The position numbers and the translations under genes were made by a program. The notes below the pieces were generated by a model. The model saw nothing but the letters and a program-made list of their open reading frames with translations. It was not told the origin of the DNA and made no database searches. Below, in pieces: positions 61,067 through 64,000 of a DNA stretch of 64,000 nt. How positions within the stretch are numbered: position 1 is the stretch's first letter; every line of letters begins with the position of its first letter. Source of the DNA: Macrostomum hystrix (lineage: Eukaryota > Animalia > Platyhelminthes); the NCBI GenBank assembly GCA_950097015.1, contig CATNEN010000037.1, positions 4,278,001 through 4,342,000 of the forward strand. Reading direction: 5' to 3'.

Positions 61067-63383
61067 ATGCCGCCAGAATTGGCCCATTCAGTTCTGGCTC
61101 CAGTTGAGCCAGGCGATTCTCACAGCAGTCTGACTGTGCCACAGAGAATAGCCGCTTCCTCACTAGGCGGCTTATTAACCGCCGTCACTATGACACCGTT
61201 CGATGTTGTTAAAACTCGCCTACAGGCGCAAACAAGGCCGGGAGCGGCGATGGCGTCGGCCGGTTCAACAGCAGCTAGTCGATGCTTTCTCTACTGCAAC
61301 GGCCTAATGGATCTGCAGCTCTGCGCTGTCAATGCCTACAATGCTCGCTGTGCGGCTAAATCTACTAGGGAGTCGCGCCTATTAGTACCTAATTTCTGTC
61401 GGCATCAGTACTACACCAGCTCGACTTATCAGGGCAGCTGGGTGAGTACCGCGGGCAGATAGCTTGGGTTAGTCGTGAAATTTATGCCCAGGAGGGCCAA
61501 CCATTTATGCAGGGGTCGCAAAAATCCGGCTCCCTAATGTGGCCCCTGACGAAATTAGTTTTCAACACCTGCTCTACGACTTTTTATCTCTTCTCTACCT
61601 AATTTATCTAATCTCTCCCCTGTCTCATCTCTGACCTGTCTCATCTCTCCTCTGTCTCATCTCTCCCCTGTCTCAACTCTACCCTGTCTCATCTCTCCCC
61701 TGTCTCATCTCTCCCCTGTCTCATCTCTCCCCTGTCTCATCTCTCACCTGTCTCATCTCTCACCTGTCTCATCTCTCCCCAGTCTCATCTCTCCACTGTC
61801 TCATCTCTCCCCTGTCTCATCTCTCTACTATCCGATCTCTCTCCTGTCTCATCTCTCCTCTGTCTCATCTCTCCTCTGTCTCATCTCTCCTCTGTCTCAT
61901 CTCTTACATGTCTCATTCCTCCCCGACTCCCCTGTCTGATCTCTCTACTGTCCAATCTCTAACAACAGTCCATCCGGCTCACTGTTGGATTCTCTCTTTA
62001 ACCCGCAAAGTATTCTGAGAATGTACAATGCATATCATCAGGCGCTCAGGGTAGATGCACACACTGTGTGCTCAGGGATCAGCGAAGGGCAGGATTTCCT
62101 CCTCGCCTACAGTTCTCTCGGGGCAGCTCTTGAAATTACTAGCGCGCTATTATTACTATGCCACATATCAATTTAGGATGCGGCTATAAGGATTGCCAGG
62201 TCCGAAGGTCTGCTGGCACTATGGCGCGGTCTGTCAGCTAGCCTTGCCCTCACTGTGCCAGGCACTGTTATCTACTTTACCACGCTCGACCTGCTCAAAT
62301 GGCACATGGGCTATCGGCCGCTGCAGCCTGGTCAATCTTCAAGCAGCAAGCACTGGGTGCCCCCGGTTGCTGCCGGCGCCGCCCGCGTCACCGCCGTCCT
62401 CTGTCTATCCCCGCTGGAGCTGGCCCGCACTAAGATGCAAGCCGAGGGCCTTGGCTGGTCCGCTGTTGGCCGCGCCGCCGCTCTGGAGGTCGGCCGCTCC
62501 GGCCTGCTCAGCCTTTGGCGCGGCCTACCGCCTACACTGCTGCGCGATGTGCCATTCTCAGCCATCTATTGGTTCACCTACGATGGCCTGCGGACTCGAC
62601 TGCTGGCCGCTAGGGCTCAGGTTAGTCTGGCTTCAGGTCGTGCTTTTGCTGACACCCTGACTGAAGCCATATCTGACACCCTGGCTGAAGCCATACCTGA
62701 TACCCTGACTGAAGCCATAGCTGTCACCCTGACTGGAGCCATATCTGACACCCTGACTGAAGCCATATCTGACACCCTGAATGAAGCCATGTCTGACACC
62801 CTGATTGAAGCTATAGCTGACACCCTGAATGAAGCCATATCTGACACCCTGATTGAAGCTATAGCTGACACCCTGATTGAAGCCATATCTGACACCCTGA
62901 CTGAAGCTATAGCTGACACCCTGATTGAAGCCATATCTGACACCCTGAAGGAGGCCATATCTAAAACCAAGATTTTATGCTTTACAGGCCGTCCCTGTCC
63001 GCCGACGCGCTGTCTCCTCGTCCTCCGCGGCTCCTGTACTCACCGGTCCCGAGGCGGCCGCCTTTGGCTGCGTCGCTGGGGCCGTTGCCGGTCTAGCCAC
63101 GCATCCATTCGACGTGCTGAAGACGCACCGTCAAATTGAATTCGCTGGCAGCCTTGGCACTGTCCGTAGAACTCCGGGCACGGTGGACGCCATCCGGCTG
63201 CTGCTAGCTCGCGGCGATAGTCGCGGCGGACATCGGGCTCTGTTCTCGGGCCTGGCGCCGCGCCTCCTGAAGGTTGTGCCAGCATCCGCCATCATGGTGG
63301 CCACATTTGAACTGCTCAAGAATGAATTCAGCGAGCGCAACGGTCGCCTAGCCGGGCTTGGGCGTGACAGTCTGACAGCCTGA
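61067..63383 (+). CDS. SLC25A40: Mitochondrial carrier SLC25A39/40-like (glutathione transporter), 404 aa; exons 61067..61441, 62177..62620, 62988..63383
   Basis: MTPFDVVKTRLQAQ, CFLYCNGLMD, IARSEGLLALWRGL, SPLELARTKMQ, LLRDVPFSAIYW, THPFDVLKTHRQ, GLAPRLLKVVPASAIM. All introns are phase 0; total 1215 nt. 39 vs 40 paralogy is not resolvable. Confidence 0.9.
61610..61950. repeat. 16-bp CT-rich minisatellite (SLC25 intron 1)
   Basis: CTCCCCTGTCTCATCT units. Confidence 0.9.
62650..62965. repeat. 24-bp minisatellite (SLC25 intron 2)
   Basis: GACACCCTGACTGAAGCCATATCT units. Confidence 0.92.
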
Positions 63384-64000
63384 CAGACACGCTGCTAATA
63401 GTCCTCACCTGCACTGTTCTATCCGGATTTTGTTATTTTTGAATTCATAAATTGAAGAACTTTAGCTTGTTTGACCCTGGACACTGATTATCATTGCTTT
63501 GATTGTTTCTGTTCAGTCTTTAATGTGCACTCTTTCTGTGTCTCTCCGTTGCTGACTCTGGTTTCTGCCCAGTCAATTTCCAGCCACCCGATCTGTTGAT
63601 TTTGATAAGAACCGGTTATGAAATTTCCCTGCTCAAGCAAGAGCCATAAAACGGTGCTTGGCTGGCTTCCATGCTTTCCATATTTTGCTGTCAAAGCCTT
63701 CACGCTTTGTGTATTTATTTTATACCGAAGGTGAGATAGGTTTTATTTGATTTGCTTTGATTAGTTTTGTGGTGAAGAGTTGGCTTTTCTGATATCTGTA
63801 AGCATAATTATCTCTCGCCTCTGGCCCAGCTACTTTAAGTAGAAGCACAGTTATTTCATGCCTTTATTAAAGACAAAGACCTAGTAATAGTAACAAGGAA
63901 CTGGGTAAGTCAATACTTTCCGACCAAGAAAAATCTGCATTGGTCACTCTCGTAGAACCCCGTGCATTGTGTTATTTTATCGGGGAGAAGTGTTTTCATT

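Overview
Eukaryotic (invertebrate animal) genomic DNA, not prokaryotic. It has GT-AG introns, GC-rich coding exons with poly-Q/poly-A tracts, AT-rich intergenic DNA, and about 24 minisatellite arrays, many inside introns. This composition resembles the free-living flatworm Macrostomum lignano (inference, not verified). Ten protein-coding loci were reconstructed by hand with splice phases checked: CCDC146 (3' end off-window), a stand-alone extended-LOTUS microprotein, an SLC22-type transporter, a myosuppressin/DmsR-like GPCR, a DEG/ENaC channel, a short BET bromodomain protein, an MFSD2-like transporter, a frameshifted orphan GPCR, a vWA + alpha-kinase, and SLC25A39/40. Dispersed repeats include two tRNA-derived SINE families (one with a CORE-like body), a Helentron/DINE-1-like element (3 copies), two MITE types and decayed LINE fragments. 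The best leads are (1) the LOTUS-only protein with an out-of-frame GC-rich continuation, (2) a SINE whose 3' part carries the 14-nt P3/L3 core of the HDV genomic ribozyme, (3) a VwkA-type alpha-kinase with an RGG insert, and (4) a SINE plus 1.65-kb minisatellite enclosed by one 15-bp direct repeat. All family assignments are by motif recognition from memory; no searches were run.
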